A DNA stretch of 31,560 nt, taken from Deltaproteobacteria bacterium TL4 (GTDB lineage Bacteria > SAR324 > NAC60-12). A program made the translations under genes and the position numbers. The stretch lies in the NCBI GenBank assembly GCA_051382335.1, contig JBBCAX010000418.1:1-31560 (forward strand), written 5' to 3'. Below are positions 18,780 to 27,951 of the stretch, piece by piece; the stretch's first letter is position 1, and the number at the start of each line of letters is the position of its first letter. The notes under the pieces were generated by a model. The model was given only the letters and a program-made list of their open reading frames with translations. It was not told the origin of the DNA and made no database searches.

Positions 18780-20786
18780 TCAGTTTTCAGGAATGTTTAT
18801 TTCGGAAATTCGACTTCCTTTAAAAACTTTCAAAATCGTTTGAACCTGGTGATTATCTACGGCTGCTTGCCTCCTCCGCTCTTGTTCTTGAAGCGCTTCC
18901 TTGTGCTGCATTTCCCTAAGGGTCAGCATCGGAGTCGATAACGCGTTAGCCTCACAAACAACGGGAGCGGGGTAATGAAAATAGGACTCTGATAATTTTT
19001 CTAAAAGGGAAAGCTTCTCTGAGGACCACATTTCCAGGTATTGAGGCCGTTTGAAGCCAAAACACACTCTTTGCTGAGTCACTTCAAGAGGAATCGCATT
19101 CTTAAGCAAGGATCCCAATTGTTGATGCGAGGTTTGTATGTATTCAACAAATTGGATCCAGGACTCTGGCAGAACGTCGGCCTTCATTTCAGGGGAAGAC
19201 ACGGCTGTTTGCTCCATCTCAGGCGCTTTCGTCAATACAGGCGACGTGCGAGAAAGCTCCGATGGTAGCTGGGGCATGACGGCAGACGGCCTGTTGGGAG
19301 ATGTCGCAGGCGAGGTCAATATGGCTTTAATCGCTGAAATTTTAGCATATTCAACGCTGGGATTCGACAGTGTTTCTTCGCCAGAATCCGTCTTGGTTCC
19401 CAAGTCATACGTTGTTACATCATCCCCATCAGTTGAGGAGGCCTTCATAAAAGTTGCCTTTCCTTGTTCTTCCGCAGGAGGGCACTCCAAATGTTCATAG
19501 GGTTGCTTCGGCAGCCCTCCAAACGAAGCAGAAGCCTCAGATGGAGACGGAACTTTGGGTGGTCTGGACGCACCCCGAGGCGCAGAACTCTCCCCGTGAT
19601 TGGTATTCCCTCCCTCTTTAGGACCTGACGTTTTTTTAGGGAGCGCTTTGTTCAAATTTTGAATCTGAGCAATCAGGTCTTTAACCCCAATCAACGGAGT
19701 CACAGACGTAATTTGAAGAATCGCCATTTCAAAGCAAACTTGAGCATGGTGACTTTGATTGATCTGGTTTTCCAACTCTAATAAAATATGAAAAATTTGC
19801 TGTAATTCATCAAAACCTAGCGTTTGGGCCAGGGCACTAAATTCCCGTAGTTCATCCGATGCATAATTTTGAAAAAAAGCAGAATTCGCACCAACAGCTT
19901 GAATTAAGGACAGGGTTTTGACCGATTGCAATAACTCCGCTAAGGCGCCACGAAAATCATGCCCATGCTCAAGCATCTTGTAAAATTGCGCCATAGCCCC
20001 AGAGGCGTCTTTGTTCACCAAGGTTTTGAGTAAGCTCAGGCGTAAATTGGTATCACCCACTCCTAACACTTGCGCAACCTGCTCATCGGTCGCTTGTGTT
20101 CCACTGAATCCGATAATCTGGTCAATTGAAGTCAGCGCGTCCCTCATGCCACCGATTGCTGCTCGCGCAACCATTTCCAGGGCCCGGCGCGAAAGCTGAA
20201 TATGTTCTGTTTTAGTAATTCGCTCCAGATAATCGGCCATTTGTTGTAAGGGAATCCGCAGAAAATCGTAACGTTGGCAGCGCGAAATAATCGTTTGCGG
20301 TATTTTGTGAGGGTCTGTGGTGGCAAGTATGAATTTGACATGAGCAGGCGGTTCTTCCAACGTTTTTAAAAGCGCGTTAAACGATTCAGTCGTCAACATG
20401 TGCGCTTCATCAATTATATAAACTTTGAAAGTGCAGCGGGCAGGCGCAAAGGACAGGTTATCCCTTAATTCCCTGATATTGTCTATTCCGCGATTGGAGG
20501 CCGCGTCAATTTCATAAATATCGGGGGAGGCGTTATTACTGATATCGATACAGTTTTCACATTGATTGCAGGGTTCCGCGCCTTGACGGTGAAGGCAATT
20601 GATCGCTTTGGTCAGGATCCGAGCGCAGCTTGTTTTCCCCGTTCCACGAGAACCCGAAAATAAGAAAGCGTGAGCGACCCGATTACTCAATAGGGCATTC
20701 TTTAAAATTTGGGCAGTGGTTTCCTGGCCTACTAAGTCATCAAAACGGATAGGTCGCAGTTTACGGGCAAGAACAACATAGGACAT
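18780..20786 (-). CDS. dnaX: DNA polymerase III subunit tau/gamma
   Basis: AAA+ clamp-loader motifs GSRGTGKTSCARIL, Zn module CxxC...CxxC, SRC motif IISRCQ, and a Pro/Ser-rich linker. Confidence 0.9.
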   Translation of the reverse strand: MSYVVLARKLRPIRFDDLVGQETTAQILKNALLSNRVAHAFLFSGSRGTGKTSCARILTKAINCLHRQGAEPCNQCENCIDISNNASPDIYEIDAASNRGIDNIRELRDNLSFAPARCTFKVYIIDEAHMLTTESFNALLKTLEEPPAHVKFILATTDPHKIPQTIISRCQRYDFLRIPLQQMADYLERITKTEHIQLSRRALEMVARAAIGGMRDALTSIDQIIGFSGTQATDEQVAQVLGVGDTNLRLSLLKTLVNKDASGAMAQFYKMLEHGHDFRGALAELLQSVKTLSLIQAVGANSAFFQNYASDELREFSALAQTLGFDELQQIFHILLELENQINQSHHAQVCFEMAILQITSVTPLIGVKDLIAQIQNLNKALPKKTSGPKEGGNTNHGESSAPRGASRPPKVPSPSEASASFGGLPKQPYEHLECPPAEEQGKATFMKASSTDGDDVTTYDLGTKTDSGEETLSNPSVEYAKISAIKAILTSPATSPNRPSAVMPQLPSELSRTSPVLTKAPEMEQTAVSSPEMKADVLPESWIQFVEYIQTSHQQLGSLLKNAIPLEVTQQRVCFGFKRPQYLEMWSSEKLSLLEKLSESYFHYPAPVVCEANALSTPMLTLREMQHKEALQEQERRRQAAVDNHQVQTILKVFKGSRISEINIPEN

Positions 20787-20805
20787 GAGAAGGAACGTTT
20801 AGAAA

Positions 20806-20898
20806 GGGGAAGCTGGGTTTCGCGGCACATCTACGGGATCTAAGTGCTGCTTCCGTTAAGATCTGACACGGTTCGAAACTTTCAATTGCGCAAAACCC
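20806..20898 (-). ncRNA. ffs: Candidate small SRP RNA (4.5S, ffs)
   Basis: The minus-strand transcript GGGUUUUGCGC...GUCAGAUCUUAACGGAAGCAGCACUUAGAUC...GCGAAACCC has a terminal helix (GGGUUUUGCG / CGCGAAACCC) and a domain-IV-like GGAAGCAGC motif. It sits in the classic ffs-dnaX-ybaB position. Confidence 0.5.
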
Positions 20899-20940
20899 AA
20901 CCATCAAATGAAAATGAATCTACGCTGACCATCATCACTC

Positions 20941-21030
20941 TGGCGGAAAGAGAGGGATTCGAACCCTCGGTACGCGTGAACGCACACACGCTTTCCAGGC
21001 GTGCTCCTTCAACCGCTCGGACATCTTTCC
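20941..21030 (-). tRNA. tRNA-Ser (anticodon GGA) with long variable arm and encoded CCA
   Basis: Acceptor GGAAAGA/UCUUUCC, D-arm CCGAGCGGUUGAAGG, anticodon stem CACGC/GCGUG with loop CUGGAAA, T-arm GAGGGUUCGAAUCCCUC, 3' GCCA. Folded manually. Confidence 0.85.
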
Positions 21031-21103
21031 TTCGAGAGGCTGCTAAATCAGCAATACTCTTGTATTGATTGAATGAAATCAATCATTTTGTAACCAGAGC
21101 GGC

Positions 21104-21137
21104 GAGTATAAAAGTTCGCCTTCAAGTTTCAAGGCGA
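21104..21137 (-). terminator. Rho-independent terminator of the crotonase gene (UCGCCUUGAAACUUGAAGGCGA hairpin plus U-tract on the minus strand)
   Basis: 7-bp inverted repeat TCGCCTT/AAGGCGA followed, in minus sense, by ACTTTTATA. Confidence 0.4.
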
Positions 21138-21162
21138 TTCGTACATCGTCACCAGTTTTGAA

Positions 21163-21948
21163 CTATGCCCCTGTAAATATAGGAACTTTTTTTGCTAGAA
21201 AAGCCGCAACCCCCGCTCTGGCGTCAGCGGTCCCACCCATTCGTGCGATAAATCGGGCTTCTTGTTGCAATTGAGTTTCCAGAGAGGTTGAGGTTGAATT
21301 GATCACCAACTCTTTCACTGCGCCATAAGCCTGAGTTGCGCCCTGAGATAAACGTATCGCCAGCGCTTCAGCTTCTCGCAGGAGGTCTTCAGCCGGTAAC
21401 ACACGGTTCACCAATCCCCACTCCAACGCTTCCTGGGCACTCAACATGCGGTTTGTCAACAAAAGCTCTTTGGTCCGTCTTACGCCGATGAGTCGGGTCA
21501 AGATGAACGTAGAACTTCCATCCGGAGAAAGTCCAATGCCTGTATAGGCGGAAGTAAACCTTGCGGATTCTGAAGCATACACCAAGTCTCCCGCCATCGC
21601 TAAAAACATTCCGGCACCTGCGGCGACGCCGTTGACCGCGACCACAACCGGTGCCTTCATTCGAGAAAAATTGGAAACAGCGGTATGAAGATACATGGTC
21701 ATTTCTTTAAGCAGCACGGGCAATTGAGCCCCAGCTTGAGCAAACGCAGACACATCGCCCCCGGCACAAAACATGTTACCAGCTCCCGTCAATAAAACAG
21801 CGCGTATGTTTTTTGACTCTTCACAAAAGGTAGATACTTGCATCAAGTCCTTCATCATTTCCAAATTCATGGAATTGGCTTTGGGACGATTTAAGGTGAT
21901 TTTTGCTAAAGCGTCTTCGATTTCAAGATCTAAAGTTTGATAGGACAT
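21163..21948 (-). CDS. Enoyl-CoA hydratase/isomerase (crotonase) family protein
   Basis: VVAVNGVAAGAGMFLAMAGDLVYASESARF oxyanion-hole region. 261 aa. Confidence 0.8.
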   Translation of the reverse strand: MSYQTLDLEIEDALAKITLNRPKANSMNLEMMKDLMQVSTFCEESKNIRAVLLTGAGNMFCAGGDVSAFAQAGAQLPVLLKEMTMYLHTAVSNFSRMKAPVVVAVNGVAAGAGMFLAMAGDLVYASESARFTSAYTGIGLSPDGSSTFILTRLIGVRRTKELLLTNRMLSAQEALEWGLVNRVLPAEDLLREAEALAIRLSQGATQAYGAVKELVINSTSTSLETQLQQEARFIARMGGTADARAGVAAFLAKKVPIFTGA

Positions 21949-21954
21949 AGAACC

Positions 21955-22812
21955 TTACTTCACGTTGAAATGTTTGAAAAGGGGCCGACTTGAATCCATC
22001 AGCAGGGTCGTTCCCTCTTGTAAAGTCTCGCGGTACACATCATGGGATCGCTTAAAAGCGTAAAACTCCGGATCTTTTTCGTAAGCATCCGCATAGATTT
22101 TTACCACTTCGGCTTCCGCGTCACCACTGAGTTCTTCCGCCGTTTTTTGAGCTTGAGCCATAATCGTAATCCGGTCACGATCTGCCGCGGAACGGATCTC
22201 CAAGGCTTTTTCATCCCCTTGAGAACGGTACTGTTTGGCGATTCGACGTCGTTCCGCTTCCATCCGGCCATAGACCGCACGACTGTTGGATTCTGGCAAA
22301 TCGGTGCGTTTGATACGAACATCCATAATTTCAAAGCCCATCAGCAAGCCCATTTTCTTCGCGTTTGAGGTGATTTCCACCATGATGTCCGTGCGTGTCC
22401 CTGAAACCGCTTCTGTTAGGGAATAACGTCCCATAACTTCACGAGTTTGGGAATAAATCATATCATCCAACCTCGATTGTGCCCCTTCTACGGATTTGAC
22501 GGCTTCATAAAATTTCAAAGGATCCACAATTTTCCATTTCGCGTAATTATCAACAATCATTTCTTTTTTATCTTTGGTAAAAACCGACCCTGGGTCAGAA
22601 TCGTAAGTCAACAAACGGTTATCCATGTACTTGACCTGAGTAATGAACGGCAGTTTGAATTTCAGACCAGGTTCCAAATCCGCGGCTAAAGGCTCTCCCA
22701 AACGAATCGCAATTGCATATTGAGTTTTATCGACAATATAGGTAGAGGAATAAAGAATTAGCAAAAGAGCGGCAATTCCCATCAATAAACTTTTGAGTAT
22801 AGATGATTGCAT
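21955..22812 (-). CDS. hflC: SPFH/band-7 protein, HflC-like protease modulator
   Basis: Aligns by eye along its length to E. coli HflC (N-terminal TM, EPGLKFKLPFI, VRIKRTDLPE, DPEFYAFKRS). The ATG at 22812 has an AGGAA RBS; the track's start at 22893 is over-extended. Confidence 0.75.
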   Translation of the reverse strand: MQSSILKSLLMGIAALLLILYSSTYIVDKTQYAIAIRLGEPLAADLEPGLKFKLPFITQVKYMDNRLLTYDSDPGSVFTKDKKEMIVDNYAKWKIVDPLKFYEAVKSVEGAQSRLDDMIYSQTREVMGRYSLTEAVSGTRTDIMVEITSNAKKMGLLMGFEIMDVRIKRTDLPESNSRAVYGRMEAERRRIAKQYRSQGDEKALEIRSAADRDRITIMAQAQKTAEELSGDAEAEVVKIYADAYEKDPEFYAFKRSHDVYRETLQEGTTLLMDSSRPLFKHFNVK

Positions 22813-22954
22813 AGTTTCCTGACTTACATTAAGGTTAAGGACGTAGTTCACGAACAGAGTACAAGGCTTAGCTCGCCTAGACTGAAAAAGCAAGATGCAC
22901 TTGAGATTTTCTCCTCACGGGGAGGCTTCGTAAACAAAACGACTGGGAAAATTC

Positions 22955-23209
22955 ATGTTTGGAAAAAACAAATCTCCTCGGCATAATGACGCGATTATTG
23001 AACTTGCTTTAAAGCCTATTCGTAAAATGCTTGAAGAAATGCAAAGGGACGGAAAAGATTTAACAAAAATTAAGCTCAAGAAGTTTCAAAAAACTCACCA
23101 TATCACCTGTCGATGCGAGCAATGTCGCCGGGCAAAAGTGGAAGAGGATCCTCGCTTAAGGGGCTTACAGGAGGATGGTTTTAAAGTATATGTTGGCGAA
23201 GATTCCTAG
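22955..23209 (+). CDS. Small basic hypothetical protein with an HHxxCxC-x2-C cluster
   Basis: 84-aa ORF with a weak RBS. Cys/His cluster HHITCRCEQCRR. No family recognised. Confidence 0.3.
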   Translation: MFGKNKSPRHNDAIIELALKPIRKMLEEMQRDGKDLTKIKLKKFQKTHHITCRCEQCRRAKVEEDPRLRGLQEDGFKVYVGEDS

Positions 23210-23261
23210 AACTCAAAAAAAAACATGACTTTCACCGTCATGCGATTAACCGGGAGGACCT

Positions 23262-24410
23262 ATGAAGCAAAGAGTGGAACAGCCTCGAAGCAAGTTTATC
23301 GGGTATGCGCTCCTGATGTGGTTCCTGATTATCCTGGGAGCGGGATTGCAGGGCTGTGATAAGACAAAAAAAACAATCAAAGTCGGTTTTGTCGGCGGTC
23401 TGACGGGGCGACTCTCTGATCTGGGAGTCGCTGGTAGAAGCGGCGTGATGCTGGCGATGGATCAGGTCAATGCGGCTGGCGGGATCAAGGGACGCCCTGT
23501 GGAATTGATTGTCAAGGATGACAAAAATGATCCTGAAGTGGCGGTTCAGGTTGATAGTGAATTGATCCGTGAAGGTGTGGTGGCAATCATCGGACATATG
23601 ATTAGCGCTATGTCCATAGCTGCTCTGCCTTTGATCAATAAGGAAAAAATCGTCATGTTAAGCCCGACCAGTACGGCTAATGAGTTGACAGGCCTGGATG
23701 ATTATTTTTTAAGGACAGGCCTTCCCGATGTAGAGCAAACACGTCAACTCGCCCGTTATGTTTTTAAGGCGAGAGGCGTGAGACAAATGGCGGTGGTGTA
23801 TGAGCTCTCCAATAAGGCTTTTGCTGAAGGCTGGTACCAAAATTTCAAAGCTGAGTTTGAAAATAGGGGTGGACAACTGACCACTCCCCTTACCTTCACA
23901 TCAGGTAAGGTGGCCTCCTACCCGGGTATTGCGAAAGAGTTGCTCCATTCAACGTCAGATGCCGTTTTGATTATTGCAGGTTCCATTGATACGGCCATGA
24001 TCTGCCAGGAGTTAAGAAAAGCCGACTCAAAGCTTCCTGTTGTTTCCAGTGGCTGGGCTGGGACGTCTGAGCTGCTTCAGTATGGAGGTTCCTCCGTGGA
24101 AGGTCTCCTTTTCCCTCAAACTTTCGATAAAGAAGGGACGCAGGAAAACTACCTGACGTTTAAAAACCAATTCTATGAACGTTTCAAAATGGATTCAAAC
24201 TTTGCTTCGGCAGGTGCTTATGACGCCGCGCAATTCATTTTTAGCGCTTTGGCCCAAACAGACGTTCCTGAAAATTTAAAAGAAGTCCTGCTTGCCCTGA
24301 AAATACATCGTGGTCTTCAAGGCGAGATCCGCATGGATAAATATGGAGATCCTGAGCGCAAAACATTTCTTTTCACCATCAGAAACGGAAAATTTCAAAC
24401 CGTGGAATAG
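23262..24410 (+). CDS. Periplasmic substrate-binding lipoprotein (type 1 PBP, Liv/ANF-receptor-like)
   Basis: Lipobox LQGC after a signal peptide. GGIKGRPVELIVKDD and VVAIIGHM motifs typical of branched-chain-amino-acid-type binding proteins. GGGAGG RBS. Confidence 0.7.
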   Translation: MKQRVEQPRSKFIGYALLMWFLIILGAGLQGCDKTKKTIKVGFVGGLTGRLSDLGVAGRSGVMLAMDQVNAAGGIKGRPVELIVKDDKNDPEVAVQVDSELIREGVVAIIGHMISAMSIAALPLINKEKIVMLSPTSTANELTGLDDYFLRTGLPDVEQTRQLARYVFKARGVRQMAVVYELSNKAFAEGWYQNFKAEFENRGGQLTTPLTFTSGKVASYPGIAKELLHSTSDAVLIIAGSIDTAMICQELRKADSKLPVVSSGWAGTSELLQYGGSSVEGLLFPQTFDKEGTQENYLTFKNQFYERFKMDSNFASAGAYDAAQFIFSALAQTDVPENLKEVLLALKIHRGLQGEIRMDKYGDPERKTFLFTIRNGKFQTVE

Positions 24411-24414
24411 CACT

Positions 24415-27378
24415 ATGAAGATTCATACCAAGCTGAGTAACGTGCTGACTTTTAATTTTGTTTTGGTGGCAACGTTACCTATCCTGATCATTGGAATTGT
24501 TACCTTGGAGAGCCTGAGCCTCAGCTTGGAAAAGGAAATCAATGCTAAGCATTATCTCTTGGCTAAATCCCTGAACGGGGAAGTGAAAAAATTTTTGAAA
24601 GAACCCATGAGTCTTTTGAAACAGATACAAGATATCGTGGATGAAAAAAATCTGATCCCCTTCAGTCAGATTGATACCTATCTGAATTCTGTGCATAAAA
24701 ATTACCCCTTTTTTGACGGGATAGAGATCCTTGATCAGGAGGGAGTCGTCAGGCATCTGGCGACGCAGAATAAAAATTTTTTAGGATACAGTCGCTCCGG
24801 TCAACCCTTTTTTCGGCATACCCATGAATTTCGTGCGCCTTATTGGTCGCCCACCTTTATTTCCACGCAAACCGATCAGCCCACGTTAACGCTGAGTGTG
24901 CCCCTGAAACAGGGAATGGTCGTGGGTTATTTGAACTTGGAATCCCTCAATTCCATGACCGATCAGGTCAAAATTGGCCTTCGTGGCTATGCGACCATTG
25001 TTGATCGGGGCGGCATTACTATTGCTCATCCCAACAGGTCTTTTATTTCTGAACGATTGAATGTCGCCAACCTGAATATGATTCAGAGGGGTTTTGCCGG
25101 TAAAGAGGGGAACTCTCGCTATGATTTCAATGGAGTCGATTGGCTGGGTAGCGTGATTATCGTTCCTCAGACCGGCTGGCTGATCGTTGTGACACAGCCG
25201 CTTGAGGAAGCTTTTGCTCCAGTCATAAAAATCAGAAGGATCATCTGGACGGGAATCGTGGCGGCTCTTGTGCTCGCTATCACCATCTCCCTGCTCAGTT
25301 TGAGGAAAACCTTGAAACCTTTTTCAGAACTGACGGAAAGTTCTAAAAAAATTGCTGCGGGAAACTATGGCTTTGTTTCTCCAAAATCAAGTTATCGGGA
25401 AATAGATGATCTGGCAACCGCTTTTGAAGTGATGAGCGAAGCTGTAAAAAACCGGGAAGAGGCCTTGAGCAAAAGTGAAGAGCAGTACCGCCAGTTGTTT
25501 CAGAATTCAATCGCGGCGCTGACTTATCAGCAACTCATGACCGATGATTCCGGTCGGCCCGTTGACTATCGGTTACTCGAAGTCAATAATGCCTTTGAAA
25601 CAATGTCCGGATTCAAAAAGGCTGATGTTGTCGGCAAAACCATCCGTGAATTGTATCCGGGACAGGAGGAGTCGTTCTACCACGTGGCACCCTATGGCAA
25701 AGTGGCGCTGTCAGATGAGTCCCTCCGCTTCGAAGACTACTTTAAAGCGACTGAAAAATGGTATTCGGTTTCCGCCTTCAGCCCTCAAAGAGGTTTCTTT
25801 GTCACCAGTTTCGACGATATTACCGAACGCAAACGGGCAGAGAGCGCGTTGCTGGAAAGCGAGGAAAACCTACGCACGATTCTCAACTCCATCGGCGATG
25901 CGGTGATCGCCACAGACCTCCGGGGGAACATTACGCTCATCAATCCCATCGCGCAAAAACTCACCGGTTGGGAGTTTGAAAATTCCGCGGGCAAACCCCT
26001 TACCGAAATATTTAAGATCGTCCATGCTCAAACACGTCAAGTTGCTGAAAACCCTGTTGCTAAAGTGATGGCCACCGGAAAAATATCGGGGCTGGCCAAT
26101 CACACGCTGCTGATTTCCAAAGAGGGAACGGAATACCAGATTGCCGACAGTGCCGCTCCCATTGAAAATGTTGATGGAGAAATCTCAGGCGTGGTGCTGG
26201 TTTTTCGGGATGTGACTGAAAAATATAAAATTGAGGAGGAACTTTTTAATGCCAAAAAGCTGGAATCGGTAGGCGTTTTGGCTGGAGGGATTGCTCATGA
26301 CTTCAACAATATCCTGACAGGACTGTTTGGACATATCGGGCTGGCCAAATTAAAACTTCCCCCTGACCATGCGGCCTATATTTACCTTGAAACCGCTAAT
26401 CGAGCCTTGACGAGAGCAACCAACCTCACAAAACAGCTTCTGACCTTTGCCAAAGGGGGAGATCCCCTGTTAGAAGCCGTGAATGTCAAGCAGGTTATTC
26501 AAGAGTCAATCGATTTTAGTTTGAGCGGCAGCAAGGTAAAAACCGATCTGACTCTGCCTGAGGATCTCTGGCAGGTTAAAGCCGATAAAGGTCAGTTATC
26601 CCAGATCATCGCCAATCTGACCATCAATGCGGAACAGGCTATGCCTGAGGGGGGGACTCTGCATATTGACGCGGAAAATATTAAAGACCTCAAGGAAAAC
26701 CTCGCCAGTCATTTATCAGGTGATTTTGTCAAGCTCCGTATCCGGGACGAAGGGATTGGAATCCCGACAAAAAACATAGGAAAAATCTTTGATCCTTATT
26801 TCACCACCAAACGAACGGGCAGTGGGCTTGGGTTGGCCACTGTTCATCACATCATCCTCAAACACAACGGACATATCAGTGTTGATTCCAAACCTGGGAT
26901 GGGCACAACCTTTACCGTCTATTTCCCTGCTGACGTCTCTTCACAAACTACCACAACCCCGATTTCCGCGAGTGTGAGTGACGATTTAACAGCCGCATCG
27001 GGACACATTCTGGTAATGGATGACGAGGTGTTGATCCGAACTTTATCGGTTGAATTGCTCGAGTCCTACGGATATACCGCCGTTGCCGCAGTTGATGGAA
27101 CGGAATCGCTGGAAAAATATAGTTCCGCGGCCAAGGCCGGTCAGCCCTTTGACATTGTGATCATGGATTTAACCATTCCAGGGGGAATGGGCGGAAAAGA
27201 AACGATCAAGAAACTTCTCACCCTTGATCCTAACGCGAAGGTTATTGTTTCCAGCGGCTATTCCAGCGATCCCATTATGGCCAATTACAGTGCTTATGGT
27301 TTTAAAGGCAGGATCGTTAAACCGTTCATGGTAGAGGATTTGAAAAAAGAATTGGTCCGTGTCATGGCGTTGGGATGA
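24415..27378 (+). CDS. Hybrid sensor histidine kinase with Cache-like periplasmic domain, HAMP, 2x PAS, HisKA, HATPase_c and REC
   Basis: Two TM helices flank a Cache-like region of about 280 aa. H-box GIAHDFNNILTG. N/G boxes (NLTINAEQAM, DEGIGI, GSGLGL). C-terminal receiver ILVMDDE...DIVIMDLTIPGGMGG...K. The ATG at 24415 is preferred over the track's 24310. Confidence 0.85.
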   Translation: MKIHTKLSNVLTFNFVLVATLPILIIGIVTLESLSLSLEKEINAKHYLLAKSLNGEVKKFLKEPMSLLKQIQDIVDEKNLIPFSQIDTYLNSVHKNYPFFDGIEILDQEGVVRHLATQNKNFLGYSRSGQPFFRHTHEFRAPYWSPTFISTQTDQPTLTLSVPLKQGMVVGYLNLESLNSMTDQVKIGLRGYATIVDRGGITIAHPNRSFISERLNVANLNMIQRGFAGKEGNSRYDFNGVDWLGSVIIVPQTGWLIVVTQPLEEAFAPVIKIRRIIWTGIVAALVLAITISLLSLRKTLKPFSELTESSKKIAAGNYGFVSPKSSYREIDDLATAFEVMSEAVKNREEALSKSEEQYRQLFQNSIAALTYQQLMTDDSGRPVDYRLLEVNNAFETMSGFKKADVVGKTIRELYPGQEESFYHVAPYGKVALSDESLRFEDYFKATEKWYSVSAFSPQRGFFVTSFDDITERKRAESALLESEENLRTILNSIGDAVIATDLRGNITLINPIAQKLTGWEFENSAGKPLTEIFKIVHAQTRQVAENPVAKVMATGKISGLANHTLLISKEGTEYQIADSAAPIENVDGEISGVVLVFRDVTEKYKIEEELFNAKKLESVGVLAGGIAHDFNNILTGLFGHIGLAKLKLPPDHAAYIYLETANRALTRATNLTKQLLTFAKGGDPLLEAVNVKQVIQESIDFSLSGSKVKTDLTLPEDLWQVKADKGQLSQIIANLTINAEQAMPEGGTLHIDAENIKDLKENLASHLSGDFVKLRIRDEGIGIPTKNIGKIFDPYFTTKRTGSGLGLATVHHIILKHNGHISVDSKPGMGTTFTVYFPADVSSQTTTTPISASVSDDLTAASGHILVMDDEVLIRTLSVELLESYGYTAVAAVDGTESLEKYSSAAKAGQPFDIVIMDLTIPGGMGGKETIKKLLTLDPNAKVIVSSGYSSDPIMANYSAYGFKGRIVKPFMVEDLKKELVRVMALG

Positions 27379-27406
27379 GTCGATCAGCCAACATGGATCT
27401 CTCATC

Positions 27407-27438
27407 TCACCACTCATCCGGTGAAATGTGGTTTTTTT
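27407..27438 (+). terminator. Rho-independent terminator after the histidine kinase (TCACCAC...GGTGA/GTGG hairpin plus T7)
   Basis: Inverted repeat followed by TTTTTTT, read directly. Confidence 0.5.
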
Positions 27439-27447
27439 AGCGCAAGT

Positions 27448-27849
27448 TCAGGGAAGCGTTGGAAAAATGGCTCCCGCAAGGCGCAGCAAGATCAAGATAA
27501 CGCCTAACCCTCCCAAAAATTTCCAGACTTGAGCGTTCATACTTTCATGCAGTCGAAGAAGGGTTTTGTTGAGATCCTCAAAACGTTTATCGATCTGTTC
27601 AAAACGTTTATCGATCTGTTCAAAACGTTTATCGACCTGCTCAAAACGTTTATCGACCTCTCGTTTAAAATCACTTAATTCCCGACCGAGTGCTCCCACC
27701 TGAACTTCTAACCCCGCAAGTCTGGCTTCTGGCGCGTCCTTGAACTTTTTCCATTGCTGTTGCAACAGCGACAAATCAACATTATGAACTCGAACGACAC
27801 TTTCTATGATTTCCTCAACTTCTTTTTTTTCTTCTATGCTCAGTCCCAT
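27448..27849 (-). CDS. Tail-anchored coiled-coil protein with tandem (V/I)DKRFEQ heptads and a C-terminal TM helix; DUF1640/XhlA-like architecture
   Basis: GAGGA RBS before the ATG at 27849. Heptad repeats VDKRFEQVDKRFEQIDKRFEQIDKRFEDL. C-terminal hydrophobic segment FLGGLGVILILLRLAGAIF. Confidence 0.55.
   Translation of the reverse strand: MGLSIEEKKEVEEIIESVVRVHNVDLSLLQQQWKKFKDAPEARLAGLEVQVGALGRELSDFKREVDKRFEQVDKRFEQIDKRFEQIDKRFEDLNKTLLRLHESMNAQVWKFLGGLGVILILLRLAGAIFPTLP
27580..27663. repeat. Four tandem copies of a 21-bp unit AAAACGTTTATCGATCTGTTC. Copies 1-2 are identical; copies 3-4 diverge at 2-4 positions.
   Basis: Direct repeat read from the sequence. In frame with, and encoding, the heptad repeats of the 27448-27849 CDS. 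Confidence 0.85.
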
Positions 27850-27951
27850 CCTCAATCCTCATACCAAGAAATAGTTTCAACACCGAACTCATTGATCAAT
27901 TGATCATAACGCATACCGTGTGATTATTAAAGATATTTTTTGACGCACACC

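Noticed and set aside
24310-24414. Track start of the histidine kinase at 24310, overlapping the PBP gene
   Set aside because: The ATG at 24415 is followed immediately by a TM helix, and that start removes a 100-nt overlap. The upstream extension is probably a non-coding read-through of an open frame.
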